From NCBI GenBank assembly GCA_002269645.1, contig NIVC01000712.1, forward strand, positions 124,001-188,000: a stretch of DNA of 64,000 nt, in the 5' to 3' direction. Position numbers and translations under genes: made by a program. Of the stretch, positions 63,577 to 64,000 are shown in pieces. Position 1 is the stretch's first letter; every line of letters begins with the position of its first letter. Under the pieces are notes generated by a model that was not told the DNA's origin, did not search any database, and saw only the letters and a list, made by a program, of their open reading frames with translations. The stretch comes from Macrostomum lignano (taxonomy: Eukaryota).

Positions 63577-64000
63577 CACCCCAGAGTCGCTTGCGTCACC
63601 CCAGAGTCGCTTGCGTCACCCCAGAGTCGCTTGCATCACCCCAGAGTCGCTTGCATCACCCCAGAGTCGCTTGCATCACCCCAGAGTCGCTTGCATCACC
63701 CCAGAGTCGCTTGCATCACCCCAGAGTCGCTTGCGTCACCCCAGAGTCGCTTGCGTCACCCCAGAGTCGCTTGCGTCACCCCAGAGTCGCTTGCATCACC
63801 CCAGAGTCGCTTGCATCACCCCAGAGTTGCTTGCATCACCCCAAAGTCGCTTGCGTCACCCCAGAGTCGCTTGCATCACCCCAGAGTCGCTTGCGTCACC
63901 CCAGAGTCGCTTGCATCACCCCAGAGTCGCTTGCATCACCCCAGAGTCGCTTGCATCACCCCAGAGTCGCTTGCGTCACCCCAGAGTCGCTTGCGTCACC
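63577..64000. repeat. 20-bp minisatellite (CCCCAGAGTCGCTTGCATCA)n running off the window
   Basis: Directly visible, ~21 units. Confidence 0.96.

Overview
Repeat-rich, intron-containing animal genomic DNA. The dense intronic minisatellites, RTE-type RT fragments and gene set are most reminiscent of a free-living flatworm such as Macrostomum; this is an inference, as no search was run. I assembled by hand five spliced genes on the minus strand, all with GT-AG junctions in consistent phase: a RIB43A-like ciliary protein (runs off the left edge), GRASP55/65 (GORASP), an RGS12/loco-like PDZ-PTB-RGS-RBD-GoLoco protein, PAS kinase, and a small 3-exon gene for a 134-aa secreted six-cysteine protein that the ORF track only partly shows. 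A probable TAF8-like first exon lies near the right edge. About half the window is tandem repeat or transposon relic: mariner and maT (DD37D) relics, hAT, Harbinger-type and Mutator-type MITEs with target-site duplications, and a 10.8-kb Helitron-like element carrying a ~10-kb 23-bp satellite. Best leads: (1) the hidden secreted protein with an apamin/endothelin-like CxC..CxxxC motif, plus its inverted pseudogene copy; (2) the satellite-carrying Helitron nested in a MITE, with an uninterrupted copy of that MITE in the same window; (3) a different private minisatellite in every intron of two neighbouring genes; (4) RIP-like CpA/CpG-to-TpA/TpG decay in old transposons. No CRISPR array, rRNA or tRNA was recognised. 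Most long ORFs in the track are translations of tandem repeats.
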